DNA from: Octopus sinensis
Lineage: Eukaryota
Assembly: GCF_006345805.1 (NCBI RefSeq)
Contig: NC_043001.1
Span: forward strand, 119,412,001 to 119,476,000
Reading direction: 5' to 3'
DNA length: 64,000 bases
Positions 12,251 through 25,221 of this stretch are shown piece by piece (positions within the stretch are counted from its first letter, which is position 1; each line of letters opens with the position of its first letter). The translations under genes were made by a program, and so were the position numbers. Under the pieces are notes generated by a model that was not told the origin of the DNA, ran no database searches, and saw nothing but the letters and a program-made list of their open reading frames with translations.

Positions 12251-13030
12251 CACTATCTGAGAGAGATCTTCTTTAAGTATTAGAAATAGCTGAAGAAATT
12301 TCTTTAGCTGCTATTTCTAATGAGTTCAGTATGTGGCAAAGTAATTTATTTTACTAAGCCCTTATATATAATGTAATATTTTGAATTCGCCTATAATGGT
12401 CCCTTTACATACTGAATACTTGGTGAAATTGATTAATAATTAATTAATTTTACCCTCAATTGTTGAAATTATAATTCATCTCTCTCTGCTAAATGCTGCG
12501 GTTTTCACCGTTAATACATGGTGTTTGTCAATTTTAACCCACGCTGGTGGAAAAGGGAGAGCAGAAATTCTTCGCTTGCATATTCGAATTTGATAGCACT
12601 TTTAGTTCGAGCAGAATTCTAGAGGTGATTAGAAGCCGAAAGGGTATGCTCCCGACTTTCAGTGTTCCCAAATCCGATTCAAGGAATTCTGAGCTGAAGA
12701 AAGAAATGTCGAATTGACTAATCTAGAAACGTACGTTCTCAAATAACCTTTGCACTTGATTTTTTAATGTTTTTTCCCCCATACTTTTGTGAGTTGGTTT
12801 AGGCAAACACTATCTGAGAGACATCTTCTTTAAGTATTAGAAATAGCTGAAGAAATTTCTTTAGCTGCTATTTCTAATGAGTTCAGTATGTGGCAAAGTA
12901 ATTTATTTTACTAAGCCCTTATATATAATGTAATATTTTGAATTCGCCTATAATGGTCCCTTTACATACTGAATACTTGGTGAAATTGATTAATAATTAA
13001 TTAATTTTACCCTCAATTGTTGAAATTATA
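12251..13030 (+). mobile_element. Non-coding HHR-bearing element, 1.4 copies of a 557-bp unit (retrozyme/PLE pseudo-LTR-like, family B)
   Basis: 223-bp direct repeats at 12251-12473 and 12808-13030 (one visible substitution), an HHR between them, and (TA)n on both sides. Confidence 0.85.
12690..12741 (+). ncRNA. Type-I hammerhead ribozyme
   Basis: TGAG-CTGAAGA-A-AGA(aatGTCgaattGACtaa)TCT-A-GAA-ACGTACGT-T-CTCA: intact CUGANGA and GAAA, stem I TGAG/CTCA, palindromic stem III. Confidence 0.8.
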
Positions 13031-13149
13031 TATATATATATATATCCTCTATCCCCAGTCCAAAACTTGTTCACTTGGCATGTATGCCCGTACACTTCTA
13101 TATTGTCAATATTATTCTATTTCTTTTTGACCAATGTGCTCTGGAAAGT

Positions 13150-13970
13150 ACTTGGTATACGTTTTTTTTTTTTTTATCCAGTCTAGTGAAATGAATCCTC
13201 AACTCTATCTCTTCAGCCTTTGCCAGTGTGGTTCTATTGAACTCTTCATGGTCACCTTGTCCTGCAATCTAAAGCTGATAATCGGACGCACATTTCCTAT
13301 GCAGAAACAGTAAACTGAGTTGAGATAAAGCTGCCAGATTTCACGTGCATGTAGACCGGAAGTGACTACTACTGTTTGATAAACTTTGATTTTCGTTTTT
13401 AGTCTGGCGTTTTTGTGGCTCAGCACACGTAACCCTTGTAACTAACTTTACTTAAACATGTAGCTATCTCCTTGTCAAGAGAAGAGCGCCGTTGAAAGGG
13501 ATAACACTTCCCAGATTATTAAAATAATCAACGATGTTGAGGTTCGTGCCCTCTATGCGAAACTTTGAGGGGGCAGCTTTGTAGTTCACGTAGCATGTTT
13601 GTTGAGGAATTCTACTTTGCTGAGACTAATTGTAAGTCTACAGAATTCAGTGTCAAGGGAGAGAACTTCTAAAATTTCATTCGACCAATAATTAAATCAT
13701 ATACTGGAATACTGACTCTGATCTTTGGTTGCTACAGTGACAACGTCGGACATGTTTATGTGTCATTGTACTTTCTAAGTGAAGAACATATTGAGTACAA
13801 ATATACCTGGTCACTGAACGACTTCATATGTATATAGTTTTGGTGTGAAGAAATTTCACTGATTAAGCAATTCAGAATAAAAATGACATTGGAAAATTTC
13901 CCAAAGGTACTTTCTGCATGAAGAGCATGTAGTGCTTGACGTGGTGAGCCGAAAATAATTTTAATCAATT
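13150..13970 (-). pseudogene. Old RTE-like RT fragment
   Basis: Minus-strand remnants LKTKIKVYQTVV...W.LY...IISFRLQDKVT, NIVDYFNNLGSVI and LTISLSK. Confidence 0.7.
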
Positions 13971-14234
13971 GAAATTATAACCATAATGGGGAGAAAATTC
14001 ATTAGCGTTAATGAAAAATATTCTCACAGGGGGCACTATGCCTATGTGTGTGTGTGTGTATGTACGTATGTATGTTGTAGCAAGCAAGATATCGCATACC
14101 AACCATAAATTATTGAAAAATCAATATCCAAGAATCGTGTTCTTATTAGTAATGCAAAAATTATCGACATTCTCTTACTTGTTCCTAGTATGTATGTGCG
14201 TCTGGGTGACTGATTGATATATATACACACACAC

Positions 14235-14288
<54 letters not shown>

Positions 14289-14404
14289 GTATATGTATGT
14301 ATGTATGTATGTATATCAGACACATACAGATTTGTGTTTATGTATGCATGCCTGTATGTATGTATATGTATGTATAGTATTATATATATTTTATATATAT
14401 ATAA

Positions 14405-14862
14405 GAGTGGATATGTAATAAGCAGTTTGCTTCTGAGCTCGGTCCCACTGCGTTGTGCTTTGGGCAATGGTCTTCCACTTTAGCCCCGGGCCGACAAAAA
14501 CCTTGTGAGTGAACATGGTAGACGGAAACTGAAAGAATTCCGTCGTATATATGTGTATGCATGAATTATGTGTGTGTGTATGTGTGTATGAGTGTGTGTG
14601 TGTGTGTTGTGTGTGTGTGTGTGTGTGTGTATGTGTGTATGTGTGCGTGTATATGTCTCTTTTTGTTTGCGATTGCCTTCTGTCACCACCTGAGAACTGG
14701 TGTTGGTCTGTTTACGGCCCCGTAACTTAGCCTTTCAGCCAAAGGCACCAGGCTGAAATATAAAATGAGTTTTGGAGTCGACACATTCGACTAAAATTTT
14801 TTGAAGGTACTGCCCCAGCATGACCGTAGTCTAATGAGTGAGACAAGTAAAAGATAAAAGAT
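14405..14862 (+). mobile_element. SINE S2, full-length degenerate
   Basis: ggtcccactgcgttgtgctttgggcaa...gacggaaactgaaagaa, an internal (TG)n tract and a gtaaaagataaaagat tail. Confidence 0.8.
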
Positions 14863-14947
14863 ATATGTACATTACTTATAAATATAAACAAGTGTATGTG
14901 TGTATTCGCGCACGAGTGCCTGTGTGTGTATGTGTGTGCGGGTGCCT

Positions 14948-14984
<37 letters not shown>

Positions 14985-15119
14985 GTAAATATAGAAACTC
15001 AACACACCGGGATAAATTTTAAACTCTGTAATTAAAATGTCGCTAATTTTGTTGAGATTTGATATTGGAGAGATGGAAACACTTGAGAAAAGAACACTCA
15101 TCAGGATGGAATGTCTTCT

Positions 15120-15345
15120 ATCTTTTAATTTTTACTTGTTGCAGTAATTAAACAGAGACCATACTGGGGCACCTCTTTGAAGACCTTTCAGTCGAAGGGA
15201 TCGAACCCTGTGCTTGTTTTTTTGTTTGTTTTGTTTTTGCTTTGTAGCTCGGTAGTTATTCTATCGGCGTCTTTTGCAGAATCGCTAAATAACAGGGACG
15301 TAAACACACCAGCACCAACTGTCAAGCGAAGGATGGGGGATAATC
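15120..15345 (-). mobile_element. SINE S2 3' half
   Basis: ttttacttgtt...ttattctatcgg...gggacgtaaacacaccagcacc...tgtcaagcga. Confidence 0.75.
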
Positions 15346-15369
15346 ACACACACACACACACACACACCT

Positions 15370-17810
15370 AGATGGAAAACAAAACTTGCAGAAAACATCA
15401 ACGACGTGCGCCGCCATATTGGATGGTTAACTACAAGAATAAAATGTAAGGAGAAAAATGAGTTTACGCCTCACCAACTCTACCTTGGACAACAATTAAC
15501 GAAACTTTATGGAAACTCTTCGCACCGAGCTCTTTGAAACATGAACTCAGGACGATGAGCGGGAAATTCCGCTATCGCAAGCAAATTTTCGAGCGAGCCA
15601 GTATCAATTGCAAGTTTGCTTTCAACCCACAAGCATTATACAGGCAGATGAAGAAGGAAAATGCTACCATTGAGAAAGCTCCCTCCCAAGATCTACAATT
15701 TGAACCGAAAAGAGGGATTTCAACCTGAATGCATCATGTTAAATACAATTGAGAAAGAATAGTGTACCAACACTAAGAGTAAAATATACAAAATTGATGC
15801 AGAAACTTTCGCTAGAGCAGTAGGTATAAACCGCAGAATGGGAAGGCACCTGGAAGTGACCTAATAGTTGGATATTGATACAAGAAGCTGACATTTTATA
15901 GAAACCAATTGATATGTATGTTCAAAAGGACTATGGAAGGTAAGGCTGATATACTAATTAGCTTGCTACAGCAAGGACAAATCTTGTTGCCAAAAATGAA
16001 ATCACCGAAATGGCAGGAAATTACAGGCCTATTGCTTGCTTAAACATTAGGTACAAACTGTACATAAGCTGCCTCAACCAATTCCTCCAGGACCATTGTG
16101 AGTCGAACAACATTGTGACTGATGAACAGGCTGGTGGAAAGACGGAAGTGTGGGGATGTGCTGAACAACTTTTAATAAGCAAAGCTGGACTGTCTGAAGT
16201 AAGAAAACAACGCAGAAACCTTGTGACAGTATGGCTTGACTCTGTCCCTCATTCATGGCTCTTGAAATACCTACATCTGGCAAAAGTACCTACTACCTTA
16301 ATTGCTGTTATAGAGAGACTCACAAAGACATGGACAACTATTCTTACCCTTACAACTGAGAATAGAATAATTGTTTCTAATAGTATAAGCATTACAAAGG
16401 GAATATTCCAGGGAGATAGTGTTTCTGTACTTCTTTTCATTTTGGCACTGAATCCATTATTGTTCCTACTGCAGAAAACAAATGGTTGCATGCTAAGATC
16501 TTCAACTGCCAGAAATATCAATGCAACTCATAATTTCTTTGGAAACGACCTGAAGATTTATACTAAAAATGTTAACAATACAAAAAAAAAACAAAAACAA
16601 CTGAAATTAATAACATTTTCAGCTGATATAGGTATGGAAGTTCGCCTAAAGAAATGTTCATATTTGGTTAAAGAACGAGGAAAGTCAGTCCCCTAAACCC
16701 AAAACCTGTGCATAAACGGTTTCTCTATCTCCCCTATTCCACACAAAGAATGTTACAAGTACCTGGGCATAGATGAAAAGGTATCATATAAAGGCACTGT
16801 GAATAAAGATAGAGCGACCCGAGAATATTACACCAGACTTAGGAAAATATGGCAGTCGGAACTCTCCTCTTACAACAAAACAATGGTATCACTCAGGCAG
16901 CACCTGCTAAACAAAAGCAGCAAATATAAATATATTAATTCAGTCCTGAAAAGTGGAGTGAGCAACATTGTACGAATTGGCCGTGAACTCCTCAAGAAAC
17001 ACTCTCTTCCTGATGATCCTGATGATACAGCCCCAAAACAGCTGGGCTCTCTTACCTCAGAGAAGACCTGGATGGAAAGTAATCAGCATACAAAAAAGAC
17101 GATGCGTGGGTATGCTGCCCGGAAGCTTGAAGAAGACAACAGAATTGACCCGAAACGAGCCTCTCTTGAACACAAGACCACAACATCACATCACAATTTC
17201 AAGGCTATGTGTTTGCAATCCAGGAACAGGAGACTGCCACAAAGTACCTGGTGAACAAGAGAGGCAGTGACGCTATTGTGATCCCAAGGTGCAACCGCAT
17301 GTGTAGGCTATGTTATGTTCTGTGGAAGACATTACGCATGTGATTAGCAGCAGTCCTAAAATGTCGTCCGGTACTACCTCCCTATTCAGCGCGATGAGGG
17401 GCCAAGGTGTATACCATCATAGAGGTCAGCTATCCTTAGATATAAATATCTCTTTGAAAATCAAAGAAAAAGAAGATATCTATGGAGAACTGCTTCGAAA
17501 CCTCCAGCTTCTATATCCAGACTATGAATTCATATTCATACCAATAATAATTGGAGCACTAGGTTTTGTTAGTAAATGTCTAAAGGAGAATCTGGATAAA
17601 ATGAGATTTTCAGAAAGTGAAATTGGCCGGCTGATTCGTACATTACAAATACAATCTGTGAGTGGAACAGTAAAAATATGCAAGACCTTTCTGAAGTTCC
17701 AAATGTGAATTTGTCTGTGTTAACTACATCGCAATGATGGAGCCTTGGGTCTAAGTTAGAAATTGGTTCATTCTCTATTCGCAAGAAATCTTGAAATAAA
17801 CTGAATAATG
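15370..17810 (+). mobile_element. R4/Dong-like RLE non-LTR retrotransposon, decayed
   Basis: RT motifs GNYRPIACLN, DEQAGG, WLDSVPHSW, KGIFQGDS and YKYLGI; zinc-knuckle remnant CRLC..EDITHVISS; C-terminal KEDIYGELLRNLQLLYP...FIPIIIGALG. Many stops and frameshifts. The 3' end abuts (TACA)n. Confidence 0.88.
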
Positions 17811-17985
17811 ACATACATACATACATACATACATACATACATACATACATACATACATACATACATACATACATACATAACGTACTGTTCCGTGATTGTA
17901 AGATCAATAAAACAAAAGTACTTAATCGGGTAAGAGATAAATAGCATTTAATAGACACAATACATATTTTTATGTGCTACAAATG

Positions 17986-18088
<103 letters not shown>

Positions 18089-18815
18089 GTGTTGTGTAAA
18101 AATTTTATCCAGCCTGCCGACTAGCTACATATTAGCTAGGAGGTTAATCAGTCTTTCAAGTGAAGGCAAAATATGATTTACCAAGGTGTTGTTATTGGAT
18201 GTAGACACTTGACATCTGCAACTGGTATATTTCTCTGTTTTTTTCTAATGTTTTGATACTATATGAAATGCTTTCTCGAGACGAATACCGCAGTATTCGG
18301 GCTTTCTGTAGTAATTATGAGAATGTGAATTTGAAAGAATACTGCTTTTGCCGGTAATAACGAATATATCTACTTTTATGTATATGCATATATACATATA
18401 TGTATGTATATATATATATGTATGTATGTATTCATATATATATGCTTACAATTTATATGTGCACAATTTGGGCTACCTGGTGTCATCCGCTACCTGGGCT
18501 ACCCTTGGTGTCAGGATATATTTCCGTTGGATCTACCTCAGGAACTCCGTAGCGATGCTCCATTTCCTAACCAGACGGGCATATAACAACATGACAGCCA
18601 AAACCCCGGATCTTTAGCGAGACACAACTTTCTGTATGGATGCACCTGACTGAGATCCAGACTGCAAATTTGATGCAATCGAACACATTAAGCGGAGTCC
18701 CATCCAGAAGGGTCAGAAGCCGGATGGGTTTAAAACAAACCGTTGTACGAAGTAAAGATTAATACCAAATTCGTGTCTTTTTACTTAAGAAATTAATATT
18801 ATTATTATGATATAC

Positions 18816-18867
<52 letters not shown>

Positions 18868-18874
18868 ACATATG

Positions 18875-18920
<46 letters not shown>

Positions 18921-20913
18921 ATATATATAATATATATATATATACATATATATATATACTCATACATATACATGCACATATGCTTAATAGACATGCATAA
19001 TATATACATACATATAAGTATATAAGTATATAAGTATATATATAACATATATGTACACACGTGCACGCGCACGCACACATAATTCCGAATTTTTCTTTCA
19101 TAATACATATGTATAAAATCTTTTATTCTATTATTATTTTTTTTTTTTTTCAATAAAAATTATTTCACCAATCCTTCTAATATTTCCTCGCATTATTTCC
19201 CCTGTTCAGCGGATATATCAACTGCCTTCCTTCCTGCATCATTTCGAATTCACTGTTTTATCGATCTCATTGCTCCATCGTTCCGACTTGTTTTCCTTTC
19301 TGCTCTTCCAGTAAACATTGATTTGATTCTAAAGAACAACGACAATGAAAAACTACTAAACAAGAACACAGTGTCAAAAGTGGTTACAGTGGAGGTGGCG
19401 GAGATGATGAAGGCGGATGCAGCAGCGGTGGTGGTGGTGTGCTGTTGGTGTTGGTGGTGGTGGTGGTGATATATAATTGCTAATGTTGCTTGTGATTATA
19501 TATAGTACATTATATAATCTCTGATGGTTTTGACAGTTAAAAAAAATACCTTCATCAGTATTTTTACCTGTTTTACTCTCCTGTAATGTTGTTGTTTGTG
19601 TTGTTGTTATTGCTCAGCCCCTTAGCCTCAGCTTAATTGTGCACCAGCAGAATTATGATATAAAGCATTTTTTTTACATCAAGAACTGCAATTCCTTCTA
19701 ATTTTTTTTCTTTTGGAAGATTGTAGGATATGATTTGATGAAATGTAGCTGCTATTTCTTACAGATCAAGTACGTGCATACAGGCTTGCTTCATATACTA
19801 GAGCAAAATGTTTTTGTGTTGTTGAGGTATAAAGTAATAGCGTAGTATTACACAACATTGTACAATATATAGCATATATACCTATACTACATATAGTATA
19901 GTACTATGTTGTGGAATATATAATGCTGTAGGATATATATATATATATATATATTTATATACACACACATATGTAAGTACTTGTATATATATAAACGTGT
20001 GCGTGTGTATATAAGTATAGTTGTAGTATACATTCTGTCTGTCTATCTGTATATATATATATATATTGTTGTGGTATTATATATGCAGTATTGCTTCCTA
20101 GTATGCTAGTGTAGTGTTGTATTACTGGTACTAGAATCCAATAACAGAAAGGCTTCGAGCTGAACTTGAATGATGTAGATAGTGGCAGCACTGTAAAATT
20201 GACGTGTGAGTTGGTGCTTTTCAATGTGTGATAAGTTCATGCGATGTGGCAAATGCTAATTCTATTAGACTAACATCCTCTCCTATTTGTCTTTCATCCT
20301 CTTTATGTGTTGAATAGCGGGGACAAATATGATCTCCATTTGGTCTTGTATTGCAAAATCAAAACCCCTCATGTATATGTGCATATCTATGTATGTCTGT
20401 AGGCAATTCTATACGAATATATGCCATGTTGTATAAAAAAAAAATCATCCCCAGCAACTTTAGTACAGCGTCAGAGTGTTTTATAAACCTTTACACCCAA
20501 CACTTAAGTTGCATTTTAATAAACGACCAATTACCCAGGATTGCGGATTTTACCTTCAGTTTTTGGAATCGATTCAAACGTTAAATTATCATAAATACTT
20601 TCTTATAATCATCATCATCATCATTGTTGTTGTTGTTGTTGTTATTATTATTATTATTAATTATAGATTGTGTTAAGCTGAGCTGAGACGAGATGCAATC
20701 GAGATGAAAAGTTTATCTTAATGGAATAAGCTTAATTCAAACGTTAAGATAGAAATATCATGTGTAATCCAGCTTATATAATGACAGTGGTATGTTACAC
20801 GTAATCCGGATACATGAGAATGGCGTAGAAAGTAGACGCCAAAACAGATTCTGTTTTGATTCCCTGTTAGTCATCCTTTCCAGTCCATTTACGCAGCAAT
20901 GTAAGTCCTCAGC

Positions 20914-20955
<42 letters not shown>

Positions 20956-21099
20956 ATGTATGTATGCATGTATGAATGAATGTAAGTACATATACATATA
21001 TGCACGTGTGTATGTACTATGTCTATACACTAAAGAATTGTTAAGATCAATATACCTCATCAACAGGCAGTTTCATCTTGCGATTCTTCAGTCCGAGTA

Positions 21100-21480
21100 G
21101 ATATTTATTTGACCATCAAGATATATATATGTATAAGATGTGAGAACTTCATAAAATACGGACGTATTGGTCGTAATAAGTGCAATTAATAACTGACCTC
21201 AAGTTGTGAGCTGAAGGGAATACTAGGGTGAGAGATTTTTAGTATCGTGAGAATGGCGGGTGTATGTATGTGTGGTTTGATGATTCCCCAGGTTTTTTGT
21301 TGAGACTGTGTTGTAGTGGAGTGAGATTATGGGAGTGTTTCTGGGCATAGCGAAGGATGTGGGTAAACTCTGGTCAATGGTCAAATGAGATTATGGACCA
21401 GTTAATGGGCTGTACGCTAAAGTTGAGTGATGTTGAAGTAGGACGTCAAACAGTCGGCCCTGATTTTTTATAAACATAGA
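21100..21480 (-). mobile_element. Possible PLE 3' remnant (GIY-YIG C-terminus plus eroded HHR)
   Basis: Minus-strand INWSII and LNKK remnants, followed by tga-GGTC...GACC-aatacgtc. Confidence 0.35.
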
Positions 21481-22275
21481 CTTGCTGTAAAAAGCAGATA
21501 ACGTTGTATTTTATTTTTAATTATCTTATTCACGCTTGCACTATTATGCAAATCATACAAAGCAATTTAATTCTGTCTGAGCTTGCGTATACTATAAAGA
21601 ACTATAAGCTTTTATCATTTCTATGACAAGGAATGATCGACTGACAACATACATACGTCTGTATGTATATGTATGTATGTATATATCTACTCACATACAC
21701 ACATATGTTCACAATGAATGTGTTTATTATATTTATTATTATTTTATATATGTAGATATAGCGAAATCAGAGGTGACAGGTGGTGTACTTCATCGACAAG
21801 AATTATATTTACTGGGGGAAAAAAAAAACTAAGAGAAAATAATTTTATGCCGTCAAGAGCCAACTTTCCGACGGTTCGGGCTTAAGATGAAGTTTTAAGA
21901 AAAATGAGAGAGATGAGTTTTACTACACAGAACAGCTAGGAGCAGCTTATAGACAACACAAAACAACGTGACAATTCTAAGTACACAAGAAGTAGAATGA
22001 ACGAGGAAATTGGTGAGAGAAGAAAGAAAGTACAAGAAAAGGAGAAAGGGAAGCTGGGCGAAGATAATAGGGAAAGAACAGTAAAGGGAAAAGGGAGCTA
22101 AACGATAAGGTAGTGATTACTGAGTCAAAATGGGTGAAAATGTAGAAAGTAGAACGTTCGTGTGAAACGCATTCTTGCCCAGGTGATATATACATTTATA
22201 ACGTATAATCTAGCGTATATAATATACAACGTATAATCTAGCGTATATAAATCACAGTATGTGTGTGTATAATGA

Positions 22276-22760
22276 CTAACGCATGCATTTCCACAATTCT
22301 CAACCGATATTTCCCAGCCTTTACACACACATCACTTATGTCCCAGAGATGGCCATGCGCTATAATACTTTGCCTTGAGCTCCCGCGTTAATGTACGCAA
22401 ATGGACATAGGTTTTTGTATGCAGGGTCTTCCATACATTTTAATCTTTTTATAAAAGTGAAAGGATTTTGTTTATTTATTTCGACTGTTCACCTGCGACG
22501 GTGATTAAATTGACTAGGAACACTGAACGCATACATTTCCACAATTCTCAGCTAATTTTCACCAAACTTTGCTGATACATTACTCGCACTATAACATTTT
22601 GCCAAGAGCTCCCGCTTAAATGGACGTGAATGGACATAGTCGTTTTTGTATGTAGCGCCTTCCATACTTTTTAAATCTTTTTATAAAAGTGAAAGGATTT
22701 TCTCTATTTATTTCGACTGTACATTTGCGACGCTGATTCGATTGACTTGGAACACTGTAC
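22276..22760. repeat. Diverged tandem dimer, unit about 240-250 bp
   Basis: aacgcat(g/a)catttccacaattctca...gagctcccgc...aatggacatag...atctttttataaaagtgaaaggatttt...ggaacactg occurs twice head-to-tail. Confidence 0.85.
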
Positions 22761-23591
22761 ACAATGAATATCCAATATCAAACAATCTTAATCTTCATAT
22801 TTGAACTGCGTTAAACTTTACCGACTCTGAGTTACTGGAAGAGTGATGTTTCCTTCCTTCTCTACTATTTGTTGATACCTTTGTTTACCTACGAATGCAT
22901 TGTTTCACTTTAAGGAGGCTTATTTACCCATCTACTATGATATTTCAACTGTTGTCCATTGTTTCAAATACGTTTCAGCATTGTCGTTCTATCCTTTTTA
23001 AACAATCATATATGATTCGTCCCAAAGAATCAACCTTTAAATAAGAGTCTTGCCTCCATTAGCGAAATCTATACGCATCTTTCAGAAAGCTCGACATTAA
23101 TTTAACTTTATGCTGCATTCGCCGTTAGTTTATGCGCAGGCTATGTGGGAAGACATAATAAAGGGACTTATCTCTCCAAAAAATAGCTCCCTTTGCTGTT
23201 GAATAAAGTAAACTCAAGAGGGGAAGTTTCAATGTCTTCCTTCAGTTTCCTTACACCATTTATGTGGTTGTTTCTGACAAGAAATTTCGCTTTCATATAA
23301 AACAATTATACTTTGTAGTCATTATCCGTAATCTGCTCCAAAAGCACTTCAATGCCTCTGTTTTGCATCGGTCGCAAGCATATATGTTCTGTGATCATAA
23401 ACGTTTAACGACCTGCACAATAACCAGCCTTCAATTTGATTTTTCGTTCCTAGGTTAAAAGGAAACATAGATTGCTAGTCACAAACGTTGTAGGTTGTTC
23501 AATTATTTGGCGAAAAAATACCACCTAAGCTACTTATACTGTCCAAAGGACGGGTGCGTTTGCTAGTATTATATATTATATGTATGTGTGA

Positions 23592-23626
<35 letters not shown>

Positions 23627-24842
23627 TAGAGAGCGAGGGTGAAAAAGAGTTGAAATTTATTTATATTTATCATAATACACGCTCACAAAGACAAACTCAC
23701 CCACACACATATATGCAGATGTACACACACATACACACACACATGTATATATGTGTGTGTATGTGTGTGAGTATATATATATATATGTATATATATATAA
23801 ATATATATAATCGTATGGATACATATATGTATGCATGTATATTTATATGATTATATGATGCATGTATATATGTATGTATGCATGCATGTATGTATGTATG
23901 TACGTATGTATTTATGCATGTATGCATGTATGTATGCATGCAGGCATGCATCTATGTATATATGTGTTTGTGTATACCAATTTAATTTAAGTTTATGAAA
24001 GGAAACTGTCAGATAAGCAGATTTTGATATCACTTCAATTTCTTTCTGAAAGAATAACTGTTTCGTTAACAATTTAATCATATAGTTATTCTTGTTTCTT
24101 TTTCAAAACAGTTGTCCATTGACTGTGACAATAACACATGTTAGTCTAATAAAGAAATTATAGCAGTAACTGTCGTGTAATCTATCTACGAAATCTATTT
24201 CTTTTATTCATTTATGTATTACTTCATTCCAACGATTGTTGAAAATATTGTCTTTAAATAACGGCGTTTAACAAAATGTATCAACGTTGTTGTTGTTGCC
24301 AATATTGTTTTTGTCGTACATTTTGTTGTTTAGTTCCAAGTTGACGTTGGTCGAAAACACATTTATGATCAACAGCATATCACTCATGAACATCCTTTTC
24401 TTTTTTAACTACATGCATCCTTTGACTACAGTAGCCAAGCTGTCCATTCAATATGTTAAGGAAATGATTTGTGTACAACTTGAGGAAGACATAGGTGCTA
24501 TTTCTAGGCGGTCATGCGACCACGTATAGGTGACATAACTGGTTCGTATTTTCGTGCTTCAGTATAAAAATCAATAAGAATATGAGGAACAACTGATTTA
24601 CAGTGTTTATACTTTTATACTCTGGGCACAAAGATTACCAGGATGGGCCTATACTCACCCGTAGTATCTTCTGGGTTGATACAGTAAGTATCAGCAATGC
24701 ACTGAACTTGATTTCACACAATTACACTTTCCTCCACCTCCACATGTAATAGTCTTTCTTTCAAAAGAAGAAATTCCTATTAAAAATTCGTAAAGCATTA
24801 TTAGTTAATTTTGGAAATATAACGGCGATGATACTAAAAGTT

Positions 24843-25221
24843 AAAGACCTCCATCGGCTATGAACGACTATGAGCTTGCACCGAGAAAGTTCCCCTCCGA
24901 GGCACAAGTCCGGGCGAGGTACAAGTCCACGCAAAGCATAAGTCCGGGCGAGGCACAGGTCTGGGCAAGGTTGTTTATGGAAGACCAGCATTTGCCCATG
25001 CATACCAGCCTTCTCTCTCAACGCCATCGATGCTATCCAAGGGAAAGGCAATGGCCGATACAGCTTGGCACCAGTGACATCGCAACTAAATTCTACAGCT
25101 GAGTGAACTGAAGCAACGTGAAATAAAGTGGCTTGGTCAAGAACACAACACACAGTCCGGCCTGGGACTCGAATTCACTACCTCACTATTGTGAGTCCGA
25201 CGCTCTAACGACTGAGCCATA
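24843..25221 (-). mobile_element. tRNA-derived CORE-type SINE (family S3)
   Basis: Minus strand: TGGCTCAGTCG A box, TTCGAGTCC B box, a tgtgttcttgaccaagccacttt CORE-like block, and an internal duplication of aagtccgggcgagg. Confidence 0.8.

Noticed and set aside
24480-24535. HDV-like ribozyme on the minus strand of family A (ACC-TATACGT-GGT followed by a GAAA hairpin)
   Set aside because: P3/L3- and P4-like parts are present, but I found no P1 5' strand or P1.1 pairing in any copy, and the HHR-linked families indicate the opposite strand is sense.
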